Assembly: GCA_000165425.1 (NCBI GenBank) | Contig: CT868430.1 | Span: forward strand, 1 to 64,000 | DNA from: Paramecium tetraurelia | Lineage: Eukaryota | Direction of reading: 5' to 3' | Length of the DNA: 64,000 bases | In this document: piece after piece, positions 27,363 to 39,809 of the stretch | Numbering within the stretch: position 1 is the stretch's first letter | Layout of the letters: the number at the start of each line of letters is the position of its first letter | Program-made: the position numbers and the translations under genes | The notes under the pieces: model-generated | What the model saw: only the letters and a program-made list of their open reading frames with translations | The model's database searches: none | Told to the model about the DNA's origin: nothing

Positions 27363-27947
27363 CAATAATTAGTCCGAAAAAAGTGAATAAAGAGCATGTC
27401 CAATATGATTAATGATTTTAGGAATAGTCAATGAATAATGCTCTTTATAGATTCCATGTTAGCAACTCTTCTTGTCATTACACTTCCTAAAATACACCCC
27501 AAGATCATTTTGTCTACTTTTATTCTTAAGACCAAGATGAATAGAGTCCAATCAACCCACTCAAAATATGAGCCTAACCTCCACATCCCTTTTTAGATTC
27601 TTCCATTTAAACTGCATATCCCACTTTTCCATTTTTTACATTATTATCAATTTATTCTGCTTCTATGAGATATGCCACAATGCATCAATATCCAATATTT
27701 TGATACTATTGTTTTATTTGAATAGTTGTTCCAAGACTTTTCTGTTAATTTTTTGTCTACCTAACCCAGGGCCAAATACTAATGAATGCATTATCTGAAT
27801 AGATGACAATGAGGAAATGGCTGCATAATATGGAGCTCCTGTGTATTTAAATGATCCACCAATACTCGCAATCTTCCCATTTTAGCCTTTATGGCTTGTC
27901 TTATCTAGAAGTGGGATTATCTTAGAAAATGAATATTATTTAAACAT
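27363..27947 (-). pseudogene. NAXD: ATP-dependent NAD(P)HX dehydratase (YjeF C-terminal) pseudogene
   Basis: HKGQNGKIASIGGSFKYTGAPYYAA, FGPGLGR and ILDIDAL are recognisable; two internal blocks are missing, there is a frameshift near 27635, and the RCGGQGD motif reads GCGGQAH. Confidence 0.75.
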
Positions 27948-28009
27948 TAAGATTACATGTTAAAATATGGATGATTAAAACTTATCATACTGTTTTATAG
28001 ATAACTATG

Positions 28010-28478
28010 TCAATCTCCGCTAGCACAACCTCTACATCCACATTGTTTGCATTATACCAATTTACCTTCCTCTAATTTTGCTTTAGGAACTCTGCATATA
28101 CATGCTCCCCCGAAGTTATGCTGAGACTTAGATATACAATGTAAACAACACAACTTTTCATACCCGGTCTTCTTCCATTTGGCTATTAATGTTGCATCTC
28201 CATATTGTTCTTATAAGCAAAATTCATATAATTCTCTGGTTATCTCCTTTTTGTAATAGTACATTTCATAAATATAACGAGATCTTTATATTTAAATGAA
28301 TAATGTACCTCTGATGATGCAATTTGTAAATCTCCCAAAATTATTCTGGTTTCTTCTTGTCACTATATGCTTGATTTTCAACATCTCTTATTTGATTTCC
28401 AATTTCTGTTATGGTTGGTTCAATCAAATCCCATCCCTCAGGGGCTTTCTTAGTTCTTATGGTTTTAATTTTAGGCAT
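28010..28478 (-). CDS. BUD31: Spliceosomal protein BUD31/G10
   Basis: [70 protein letters not shown]; 25-nt intron at 28284-28308. Confidence 0.97.
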
Positions 28479-28514
28479 ATTTATATATATTAATATATTT
28501 AAATATATGTAAAT

Positions 28515-29578
28515 TCAAAAGTAGTCATAATTTTAGTCACCTAATGCTTCATATAACATTTCTGACATATTCTAAGAGGGACTATTGAAATCAATTTGTA
28601 ATTTAGGTTATTTCTTAATTGTAGTTGAATTTCTAAAACTTGGATAGTCACTTGTCTATTTATCAATATCGATCGATTATGATAATGCTGATGAGCAATT
28701 TCTTTATCTGGAATATTCATGACAAGATAGATTTAGATCTCTTTGATTATAATTTCGAAACTTCTCCAATAATTCTAAATTAACAGAAACTTATAAAATG
28801 TCCTTATTCAAAGTACTCTATACTCTCTTCGAACGATCTAAAAGATCAAATGAAAATTAAATACCATTAATCTTTGGTTTGAAAGTGGGAGTGGCATCTG
28901 TCTTAAGTCTCTTGATTTTCTCCTTCTTCTTATCTTCATTTTTATTCATTCTCTGAAAGAAATCAGTTTGATTGGTTGTTTTGATTATTTTTTCGGACAC
29001 TTTGTTAACCATGGGCTTAAATAGGTTCTCCTGACTTATTTATATCATAGAAGACTCCTTCAATTTATCAATATGATCAGCCTTTTCTATTAATAATTAA
29101 TACTTTTTATTACATCCATTTCATTCCTTATTAATACAAGTCATTCTTCTGAGTATTCTAACTTTTAGGCTTAAGGATTTTAGGATGAAATGTTGCTTCT
29201 TGAATTTCTTCATATAACTTTTTTTATATAGACTTCTCCTTTGATTGTTACAATCGCTCATTTTTTAATTTTAATTAGGATTATTGTCTCTCGTAAAATT
29301 GGATGTGGTCTGATTAACTATGTACTCTCATTAATTAAGGTGAAGGACTATGTTATTTTTATCTAGCTTTTTTTTAATCTTCATAGATCTGAAATCTTGT
29401 CAACTATTCTTAATATCTCACTTTTGTAGTATTTTCAGTCATTATAGATTTCAATTGTTTCTCCAACATCTAGAGAAGCACTTTTCTTGTGTTTCTATTT
29501 CTCAAATCCATTACTACAATTTTATTGTTAATTTTATTACTAAATTTTATATGATTATGATTATTATTAATCAGACAT
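28515..29578 (-). CDS. Coiled-coil protein with FKP/F-x-R repeats (likely cytoskeletal)
   Basis: Code-6 frame with EATFHPK, NLFKPMVN, TPTFKPKIN, DFFQR; 5' exon boundary uncertain. Confidence 0.6.
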
Positions 29579-29628
29579 CCTAATTTCAAATGTATTATTA
29601 TAATGTAAATATACACAAAATAGAAAAA

Positions 29629-29796
29629 TCAAGCAGTTTAGGTTAGAATTATTTCTGGTTTTGTTTCTTCAACAAAAAGTATTCGGCAAACAGATCTAAT
29701 AGATTGATCATCAATTCTAGTAAAGTTTAACTATTTTCTAGGAGCTTCAGGGCATTTTTGTTGCTTAACCTTTGGTGTTAACAAACAATTATTCAT
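29629..29796 (-). CDS. 55-aa SIAMESE/SMR-like putative CDK inhibitor
   Basis: Intronless MNNCLLTPKVKQQKCPEAPRKQLNFTRIDDQSIRSVCRILFVEETKPEIILTQTA*, with TP site, CPxAPRK motif and RxLF. Confidence 0.7.
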
Positions 29797-29844
29797 TTAT
29801 TTTAATTATTAAGAAGAATTATAAAAATAACAATTTATAAATAA

Positions 29845-29866
29845 GTGGCGCATCGTTTGCCCGCCC
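29845..29866. promoter_or_regulatory. GC-rich island with two E2F-like sites about 50-70 nt upstream of the 55-aa gene
   Basis: gtggcgcatcgtttgcccgccc in otherwise almost pure AT spacer; TTTGCCCG matches WTTSSCSS. Confidence 0.5.
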
Positions 29867-29899
29867 ATTAATATATCACAATTAAGGTATGCTCTTTAT

Positions 29900-30900
29900 A
29901 TTATTGCATTCTCACTTCATAGTCATTATCATTTCATTTAAAGAGTTCGAATTTGTATCATCAACGACTCTAACGAAACCTTCAATATCAGATAAGGTAT
30001 TAGTAAATGATGCATCTATCATTTCTTTTAACCATAGTAAAACCAATAGTCCAATACACTCGTATTCACTCAGATTCTTAAACTACTCTTGATTATTCAA
30101 ATGGGTAATTTTCTTCAAATTTATGATTCTATGAGTAAAATCTATTTTATAATAGGAGATTGATCGTCCAACTTAACATTAGTTAAAATAAAAAGGCAAA
30201 AAGCAATACAATTTAAAATTTTACTATAGAACTTTCATTAAGATAAAGCTTTCATTTCTTATTATATATATAAGAAAGGCTTGCATGTCTTAAATATTCT
30301 GCTTTATCTTATATAATATGTTGATTCAAGTTATGAATTTTGAAATAAATTTTTATTTTAATAATACCATCCATTTGATAGTATTAAATTGACAATATTT
30401 TTGTATCAATAACCTGAATCAAGCGTATGTTAATATCCATAGCTTACGTATGAATTTAAGGGTTTATACTCATTCATTCATCATAATATTTTTATAATAT
30501 TCTTAAATATTTATTTTCAACTTCTTAAGTTTAGTATTACCTTGTACAACTTTTCCATTTGAAATATTTTAATGCTTGTTAGTGATTCTCAAATAACAAT
30601 AAACTCCACTAAATGAAGATTAATTTTGATAATAGGGCAAACATTTTCAGATTTTGATCCGACAAATTTCGAGGGTGCTTATTTACTTATCCATAATTTT
30701 TGTAGTTTTTGTTAATTATAAGAATTCAGTAAAAGTAAGAAGTAGTTTTTCTCATCTTAATGAAGGCAACATCAATTTTTTTATTTCTGTTAAAACTGAG
30801 GAATTCTGCATCAATCATAAAAAAGCTCCTTTATTTGTTGTAGTGCAAAGATTGTAATATTCTAAGCACTAGATGCACTTCAGCATTTATACAATGTGTA
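29900..30900 (-). pseudogene. Degenerate coding remnant of unknown family
   Basis: Protein-like stretches (LLLTFTEFLQLTK; YECIGLLVLLWLKEMIDASF) interrupted by in-frame TGAs in every frame. Confidence 0.35.
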
Positions 30901-31063
30901 TAGAATAGAATTTGGTATAGGTTTCTTGATAGTTAAAGTTATTTATATTTAATCAATTATCTAATTATTTTTGGGTTTTTTTAAAAGTGCAATAATATTG
31001 ATTTAATTTTTTACAATTATATTCTGTTAAAATAAAAAACAAATAATTTAAAATCGAAAATCG

Positions 31064-33094
31064 ATGAAACCTTTTCAAACACCAAATTCATGTCATTCAA
31101 GAAAGGGAAGTGCAAAAGTTAATAGATAACCATTTGCAATCATTAGTAATTGCCCTGAATTCTAACAATGCGCCAATTATTTATAAAGTAAAGTGTAAGG
31201 ATTGGAAATGAGAGTGAAAAATCTTAATAGTCATCATGCAAGTGAAAACAGATCAACTACAGCTTCTAAAACTACATCTAATCTATCTCCCTTTAATACT
31301 CATAAGTAATGCAAGAAATATGGATCTAATAAGTAGATAGACACTCAAAGTTATTACGAGACAATCATCAATAAGAGATTAGAAAATATCAGTAAAATTG
31401 AATAGTCACCAATAAAAACGGAGTAATCCATCAACTAAGATAAATACTCTGTTCATAGCGTTGCGAATCATCAAACAAGATTAAATTATAATTGTATTCA
31501 GAAAATATAAACTCTTACTAAAAGATTGAGACAATTTAAATTAGTAAAAGATCAAAATCAAGATGAATGTGCCCCATCTTTGGCAAAAATTAAATGTTTT
31601 TGTTAAGAATTCTCAAATGAATGCTTTGATTTTTACAGATGCACTGACTTAATTACCCTAAAATATTTTATATATTTACTTTTATAAGAACTAAATAATA
31701 ATTCAGAGACATTTAGAGGCAATGATAATTATCACTATGAATAACAAATTGAATATTTGAAATCCTAATTGGATAATTAAAATATGGATTAAATGACTTT
31801 TAAAGGTTAAATATAGTTATAAAAAATGGTATATGATACTCAAAATCAAGTTTAAGAGATCATCAATTAATTAAAATCTTAAAGTAATTAAAATGTATTA
31901 ACAAACTAAGTTGATAAATTGAATAAGTAAATAAAAACATTAAAAGATAATATGAATCAATAGCAGTTTTTAAAGAGCTCTTTTGGTGTTAATTTATCAA
32001 ATTATGAAACCAATGAGAACAATAGTTCACTTATTAATTAATCTAATTATAAGACAAATGATGACAGATTCATGACTTAAATGAGTTCTAAATCAAAGTC
32101 TCCTTATTGTAGAAATATTAGAAAAACTCAAATAGATAGTGATTCATAAAACAATCTCAGATTATTGGAAGAATAGACCTTTATCAATAGATAATTGATG
32201 GAAAAGATATTTGAATTATAATCTCAAGATAAACAGAACTTTGCAATCTAAGAGTTTTAAGATCAATTAAATGAAAAAAATAAGTAAATTAATGAGCTTT
32301 AGAAGAATATATAGAATTAAGGATGTTATTAAGAATTAAATTCAAGAATATTAGAGATAAGTAAAAATTTAGACAATGTGATTCAATAAAATTCTACTTT
32401 GCTTTAAGAAAATGATGTACTCAAAACTAAAATTGAATAGTTGAAGCAAGTAGAACAAAAATACTTTGATTTGCTTTAAGAGAATAATAAGTAATGTCAA
32501 TAGCTAAATTCTATTATAAATGATAATTGTTAATTTAAGAAAATTTAATAGTAATACGAAGCAGAATGTAAAGGATATTAATAATAAATTTTAAAATTAT
32601 AGGAGAAATGTGAAGTTTTATAAGCCTCTTTATAAAATTAAAATGATTCCAAGCTTCTATAATAATAAATTAATGAATTATTATAATAATAATAAGAGTA
32701 AAATAAAATTATTGTAATTATTATTGATAATAAATTAGAGTTTAATCACAGATGAAGCACTGTATTTAGGACAAATGACTTTGTACACTAATGATCTATT
32801 ATAGAAACAATAGGGTGACATCCCAATATCAATTAAGGTCCTATAAAAAGACTTAAATAATAAGAAGGCCACAATCTAGTAGAAGATGAAAATTTTATAG
32901 CAGTTTGGAAATAATATGAAGATAAAACAATGTGTTTCACATAATAGTTCAATAAAGACGAATTCTGATGTGGATTTATTAGAGAATTTAGAAAGTGAGG
33001 TAATGCCGATGAGATGCTAATAATAAACTAATTAACATAGTGATTTGATGGCGATGTTGGTGGTCCAATGCCATACTTTAGAGAAAATGATTGA
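31064..33094 (+). CDS. Long coiled-coil hypothetical protein
   Basis: MKPFQTPNSCHSRKGSAK..; extended Gln/Glu/Lys heptads; ends PMPYFREND*. Confidence 0.7.
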
Positions 33095-33275
33095 TTTTTG
33101 ATAAATAGATATCTATATATATAGCTATTTATATAAATAATAGATAATAAGTAATTAAAAGGAAAGAGATAGAGGTTATAGCTTATGTAGAATGAGAAAA
33201 TTAGTAATAAAGTGTAAATATATATTCATTCTTTTATTTTGCATAAAAATAAGATTTAATATTTAAAATATTAAA

Positions 33276-35512
33276 ATGAAACCTAATTCCGAAATTCTTT
33301 TATGTTAGATGTATTAGCTGGGGCCAGATAAATGGAATTATGTAGATATTGGATATACGCATATAAATTCGAAGGTAATGAGTATAGAGATGAGAATAAT
33401 AGAACGAATTGATATTGTTGTAAAAGGACACAAGTCAGGAAGTGATTGTGGTCCCAATAAAGCATGAGAATAAGTTTTGTTTTGATGAAGGTAAGGATGA
33501 ATTTAAATTGTATTAGAGGAAGCAATCTAATTTAGTTTTAATGAGGAATATGCCTTAAGTTTTTAGAGCAGAGAAGGAGCAATTGGAGTTTGGACTCGCA
33601 TTCAAAACATTTTGGTGGAGAATGAGGCTGAAGATTAGGATTCTATAGCATTGACACCGGTTTCTGAAGCAAATTTGGAGTCTATATTGGAAACGATGAA
33701 TACAATGATCGCATATGGTTCTCAATCTAAGTAGATGTTGTCGAATTATCTAATCAATAAGAAGGTAAGAGAATAATGAGTTTGATAAGGACTACTTTGA
33801 GAAGTTGATTAAGTTATTCCAACAATTGGAGAAGGACAATAATGGGAAGTTATTACTAAAGATGTGTTAGATAGTAAAGAATGTATAAATATATATTGAT
33901 GTGATTAGATAGTAACAGTGGCAGAACATGAATTGTTTTAAATAATCCTGAACGATTAGAATTATTTATTTATTTTCGGTGCATTAGAATGTATGTTATT
34001 TGTAGATTAAATGTTATTAGATGATACTGAGATGAACAAGAAGAATTTCGTACCCCACCGTTAGTATTTAGAGAAACATGCGTAATTCTTACAAGTAGTC
34101 CAAATTAAGAGTAAAGAGCGACTTAAAACCATTCATTTCATATATCGGCTGCAGTACTTGCGCGATTGTGGTTTGGCCTACTACATCGACGAGTGCCAGT
34201 TGATGTTCATAAAGATAGTTTTAACGTAATCAAAATCATGATAGATTATAAAGAGTTGTTATGTTGACCTCTTTAAGTACATTGAAAATTCGAAGGATTT
34301 TTTGATAGAAGTCATAGACCAATTAAGGAATTTCAATTTCTTGGCTTTGAGATTCCTGAGTGAGATTTGTTCTGTCTTTAAAGAATTCCCAGATGTATAA
34401 CATTGATTCATCTATTACTAGTTGAACAAGGTGGTCATATATTAGAAACTCAGTGAATATGGATTGTATGAGATAATAGAAGATTACATCTACGATTCGC
34501 TTAAGGGATTCGAGAAATACAAAGCCAAATTAAAGAAACTTAAGTTCAAGATATCTGTAATATTTATTCATAATATTAATAAAGGAGGATGTGTTCACTA
34601 AAATACCAAATATGATATTGGAATTGTTAATTGTGTGTTTGCAGCATTGTCCCACTAATTTCAGATAATATGTTATCAGTGAACATCAACAAGTACTGAA
34701 ATATCCATTGTTTAACATCATTGTGGACAATGCTTTCTAAAATGAATTGTATATGGAAGTATTGAAATTACTCATTGATAATAATTCAGAAGAATAGAAT
34801 GAAACAATGGATTTATTTTTACTGCAATTCTATCCAAAAATCACATCTCAAATTTCACAGAAGTCCACCAGAGAATTCAAATATCAATTCTTAGAGATCA
34901 CATTAGGGTTGGTTAGAGCCATGAAACCATAGGTTAAAGAGGCTGTGATGTAAAATTTAGTGACTTTGAAAGTTGGGTCCATCATAGAGGAAAACTAAAA
35001 GTTATTGTAGACTAAGTGTTTACAAATATTAAAGTTGGTTTGTTTGTCTAGAGATGAGGATATCAATAATGACATCATAATGACAATACCCACTTTAATA
35101 CATGTTATTTTATCTTATAACGGGTTAAGGGAGAATTTAATATTTTCTTAATATTTAGAAATAATAAAAATCATCTATGAAGGAATAAGCTAAAAATTAA
35201 TTTCATCTCTAGTAAGAATTCATTAATAACTAATAGGAAGATGAATTGAAGAAAAGAGAAAAAGAAAAAAACTATCACAGAATTCATGACATTTTCAAGA
35301 ATATAAAAAATAATTGCATGAAATAATAATTCAGTTCATAAACTCAATCTTCAAGTCAGATGCAATCTAGATATAATGTGGTTGATGATGAGATGGATTT
35401 ATTCAAATCAGTTCAAGGACATAGCAGCACTCATCTTGTTAAATAATAAAAGAAACCTGCCGATTAAGAGGACGATGTGGAATTGATAACTAAGAAAATA
35501 AAGAAAGATTGA
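33276..35512 (+). CDS. PPP4R3: Protein phosphatase 4 regulatory subunit 3 (SMEK/Psy2)-like
   Basis: EVH1-like start QMYQLGPDKWNYVDIG..YALSFQSREGAIGVW and SMK-1 motif QTIHFIYRLQYLRDCGLAYYID; many short introns. Confidence 0.75.
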
Positions 35513-35579
35513 ATTATATTAAAAAGGAAGAAAAAAAACAATAATCTATATAGATATATTTATGTGCTTCTTGATAAAA

Positions 35580-36317
35580 TCATTAAATTAAGCATTTCCC
35601 ACTGGCATCATCATTGTCACTATTATTGTTCTTTCTTTGAGCTCCTGATTAATTCTTAGTTGGCTATGAAGCTTAAGGTTGTTAAGGAGGGAATTTCTTT
35701 TTTATTGCCTATCTAATTGCCTCTAAGAAAATTTATTTTAAATTAGTTCCATTTAGTGCACTGCATTCAATGTACTTACATCCCAAGTCAGAAACAACTT
35801 TCTATGCTATATTAAAGGTAACAAATTTATTCTCATCTGCATTTTCTGTTGGTCTCACGTCGATTTTATTTCCTACAAAAATCTTAGGTACATTAGGTTG
35901 ATCAGCCTATAATTCAGGATACCACTAATTTATTTCATGTAATCTATTTACTTTTTTGACAGCATTTTAAAATGAACTTGGTTCATCTACTGAAAATGTA
36001 ATAACAAAGACATCACTTTATGGGTAACTGATAGACCTCAATTATTTGTATTCTTCTTGTCCTGCTGTATCCCTTTTTTCGAAATAAATGTTTTTAATTA
36101 CCATAAGTTAAGATTTACCATTTTGTTCTCGTAGGCAATTTATGTACAATAATTCTCAAATATAGTTGGTACATAATCAGTTGGAAATTTATCTTGTGTG
36201 TATCTATAATTCACATTAGGAAGAATACCTAATCAAAATGCAGGTCTTCCCAACACTACCATCACCCACAATGACTAATTTGATAGAAATTGCTGAATTG
36301 GCTTAATTATTATTCAT
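35580..36317 (-). CDS. Rho/Rac family small GTPase
   Basis: IKLVIVGDGSVGKTC, DYVPTIFENY, WDTAGQEEY..LRSISYP, VGNKID, ECSAL, C-terminal CaaX KCLIQ*. Confidence 0.95.
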
Positions 36318-37496
36318 TTAATATTATTTATATTACACAAATATATTTTTTCATACCCAAGTCTAAATTGTCTATCCTGTGTCAACTTCACTCTCTCACT
36401 ACACTACCCTTATTCACTCAATCTCACCCAAACTCCATTTCTACTCCCCATATCTTCCAAAATCAACCCATCATCTGTGTAACTAAATTGAGCATGAATA
36501 CCAGACAAATGCTAACTATTTATAAACAATATTTACTGTATCCATCCTAAATTGATCTAACTATCTCCCAAACTTGAGACAATTCTAATTCTTAATTAAT
36601 TAGAATTAAAACTTTTGATTCTTCTACAACCCTTCCACAACTCTCAATACCACATCGCATTATTGATTATTACAATTCATCTACTCTAACTTGTATTGCA
36701 TGCTTCCCATATGTAAAATCAAACCCAATCTCATCAATGATGGTTGCATTAACAATACAAATGTCCCAGATGTACTTCCAGTGTCCTTCAAATAAAAACT
36801 ATTTGTTTTCTAATCAAATTCAATCAGACAATGATTTCTACTCACATAATCTTCACTCAAAATTAGAGTATTCTCTGGGTTTCTTCCAATACTAAGTCCT
36901 TTTTCAGTCACACAGATCTTCTAATTATCCCCAATGCAAACAATTTCAATGATGTGCTTAGATTCAATCTACTTTATAGAATTTGGATATGATGGTATTT
37001 TAGTGGCTTCCAGATTTTATTTTGGTTATTGCAAGATTTAGGGTGCTTCAACTACTTTCATTGATTCTATCAATTCAACTCTGTGATTATCTTAAAAACT
37101 ATCTCTTCTTGGTTTAAAATCATTCAATCTTTGAATTGGAGTATAATCGAGATTTTCTTTATTTATTATCTATTTGCTTGCAATAGACCATTCGCTTTAA
37201 CCTACATTGTCTCTAACAAACTATTTATATTCTATGAATCCGTTTTGTATCCATTGTAAAATCTTCTTCTTTTTAACATTAGAGTTGATACCCAATTCAT
37301 TCAAATCATCATCATTTAACACTTCCAAACATGCACCATCAATAGCATTTCTCTCTATAAATTTGAATTATCAATCAATACAAAACACATCTGATAAATC
37401 TTGCAATCCAATAAACTGCAACCAGGATTCAACATCACATTAAGTCCATCTCCTTGGTTCTTTTGGAATGACATTAAATAATTTCTGATAATCCAT
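36314..37496 (-). CDS. SAM domain plus two FHA domains
   Basis: SAM: RWTQCDVESWLQFIGL..IDGACLEVLNDDDLNELGI. FHA1: IGRNPEN..VSRNHC..DTGSTSGTF. FHA2: FGR..LSGIHA..DMGSRNGVW. Stop TGA at 36316-36314. Confidence 0.88.
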
Positions 37497-37548
37497 TAAA
37501 TTTAAATTTAAAATATATATAAATTAACAATCAAATTAGTTGATCATT

Positions 37549-38397
37549 TCATTTTGGACTAGTTATTCTTCTCTTTTTTTATATGTTTATTTTTCTTAGG
37601 AGGAATTTTGGATTTTGATTATTTAGATTCTTCTTTATGGACTCTCGATATATGACCTCTTTAAAATATATATTAAAGTTAATACCCCAAAGAACATGCT
37701 TTAATAAATCTTAATGGGCAGAAATGACACTTATACCTCTTCAAATCCTTATTAAAGTTCATCTAGATTTAATTCTCATCAGGATTAGGTTATGATTGAC
37801 CAGGAAATATATTTTTTTGCAATAAAATGTCTTATATTCTGCCAACCAATCCTTAAACATTCTAATTGATATAAACTAACTAATGATTATTGGATTAATT
37901 GATGGGTTCTTATATTCTCTACTGATTCAAATTCAATTTCCTCTCTAAATTTCCTACGTTAGATTCTAGTTCCTGCATCAATTATTAAATTGCATGCAAA
38001 TAATTGACCAAAGTACTCTCTTCTTTAGGTTCCTCATATCTAACTTCAATTTTATGCTATTTCAATTAGATTACTACTATACCTCTTTAAATAATGAACT
38101 TAAAGATTCATGTATTGGTTTACTTTTACTATTGTTGCTGAAAATATATTATTGAATTTATATCTGTCCATCAAATTCATTAATGTAACTTTTATATACT
38201 TTTGTTTTTTTAGTTGTGTTGTTCTATTGATTTTAAGGGCTTTTTTTAAGAAAGATTGATTTTGATCTGATACTAGATCTAATGTAGTGGCATGGACTAC
38301 ATAACCCATTTGAAGGACCAAATTAAGGGTGATTATAGCGTAATGGAGAGTCAAAAGGATCTTCAAATAAATCTTCTCTTTCCTTTTATCTAGACAT
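37549..38397 (-). CDS. Single C2H2 zinc-finger protein
   Basis: YKCHFCPLRFIKACSLG|GHISRVH (split by an intron) followed by basic NLS-like KKRRITSPK*. Confidence 0.8.
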
Positions 38398-39809
38398 TAA
38401 TAATGAACTTCAAATTTAGTCACATTTCATTTATAAAAGTCACTGAATTGTGAACTGAAATTCACTCTGTTAGTATATTTTTCAGTTCAATAATATGGAT
38501 TTAAGTTGAAAAATCAATTCTTTTAGAGTCTCACAAGCATAAGGGCAATCAATTAATAAATAAAACAGTGGTCATAATCCACTCATTGATTTAGGAAGTC
38601 GTTTAGAATTTAACTTAGCTTTTCATAATTGTAGTGATAACAAATTTCGATACAAATCCCATAATCAAAGTAATGATAGTTATTGGATTAACATAAGCAA
38701 CAACTTTGTAAATTTACTCAACGAAAATACAAAAAATAAACTTCTAATAAATAATCTCACTCATTTAAAGAATTTTATTCAACTATAATCACTTCATAAA
38801 ATACACTAAGAAAACCAAGTCAATCATTCATATATCAGTAACAAAATAGAAGCAGAAAATGAAATCATCCATAAAATAAACCTAACCTATTCTATTCTAT
38901 TCAAAAATAATACACTCAACAACATACCTTTCTATTCCGTTAATTTATTACTAAAATTCCTAATACTCATCTTACACTACTATTACTTACTAGAATAGTT
39001 ATATATCATTTAAATTTGTACCACTCCTTGAAGCTAATTAGATATCAGGAAAAGGACCCAAAATTATTACTTGGTAAATTCAAATAAAACGAAGCCAATA
39101 ACATTTTTATTAATAAGATCAAACTAATAAATCTTAAACTAAGATTTTGAAGTCTATTTGAATTTTTTTGGATTTTCTTATTTATACTTAAATAATAGTT
39201 TAGTAATCATTACATAAAAAGTGCCAAATAAGATAAGACTATAAATTAGAAAATATAATGATATATAGTTCAAAGATAAAGCCTTTAATGAAAATCAAAT
39301 GAACTTTGTACATTTATTTACATTTTTTTTCCTTCAATTTAGCATATATATTTAATTTAAGTAACTCCAAATATTTAACTTTGTTTATTTAAATTTCTAT
39401 AATTTTGATAGTTAACAAATTTATTATAAGGTTGATTATTTTATTGTCATATTAATTCATTATAGATTTATCAACATAAACATTTTATGTATAAAGGTGA
39501 ATATGCAGAAATTAGATACTCCCTTTAAAACATATGTAAATGAAAATGATTTAATTTTGAAAATAACTTTTTCGACACGAAAATGTTTCTTATCCAATAT
39601 TCTTTAAATTCTTCTGGCTGTTCACTGTTTATTTTACAGAATTCCATTTATTAAATATTAAAGAGTAAAATTAACGTATCTAGGTTCTTTTAAATAAACA
39701 TCACTCTTATTTGAGAAAGAAAAGTGTGATAAATTACTTTGAAATAAATTTAGTGAAACTTATAGTAATATTGATTAAAGGAATTGATTTCTATTTAAAT
39801 ATTAATTTT

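Noticed and set aside
38450..39700. Long TGA-poor stretch on the + strand
   Set aside because: Open frames are expected by chance with a single stop codon; no credible start or motif
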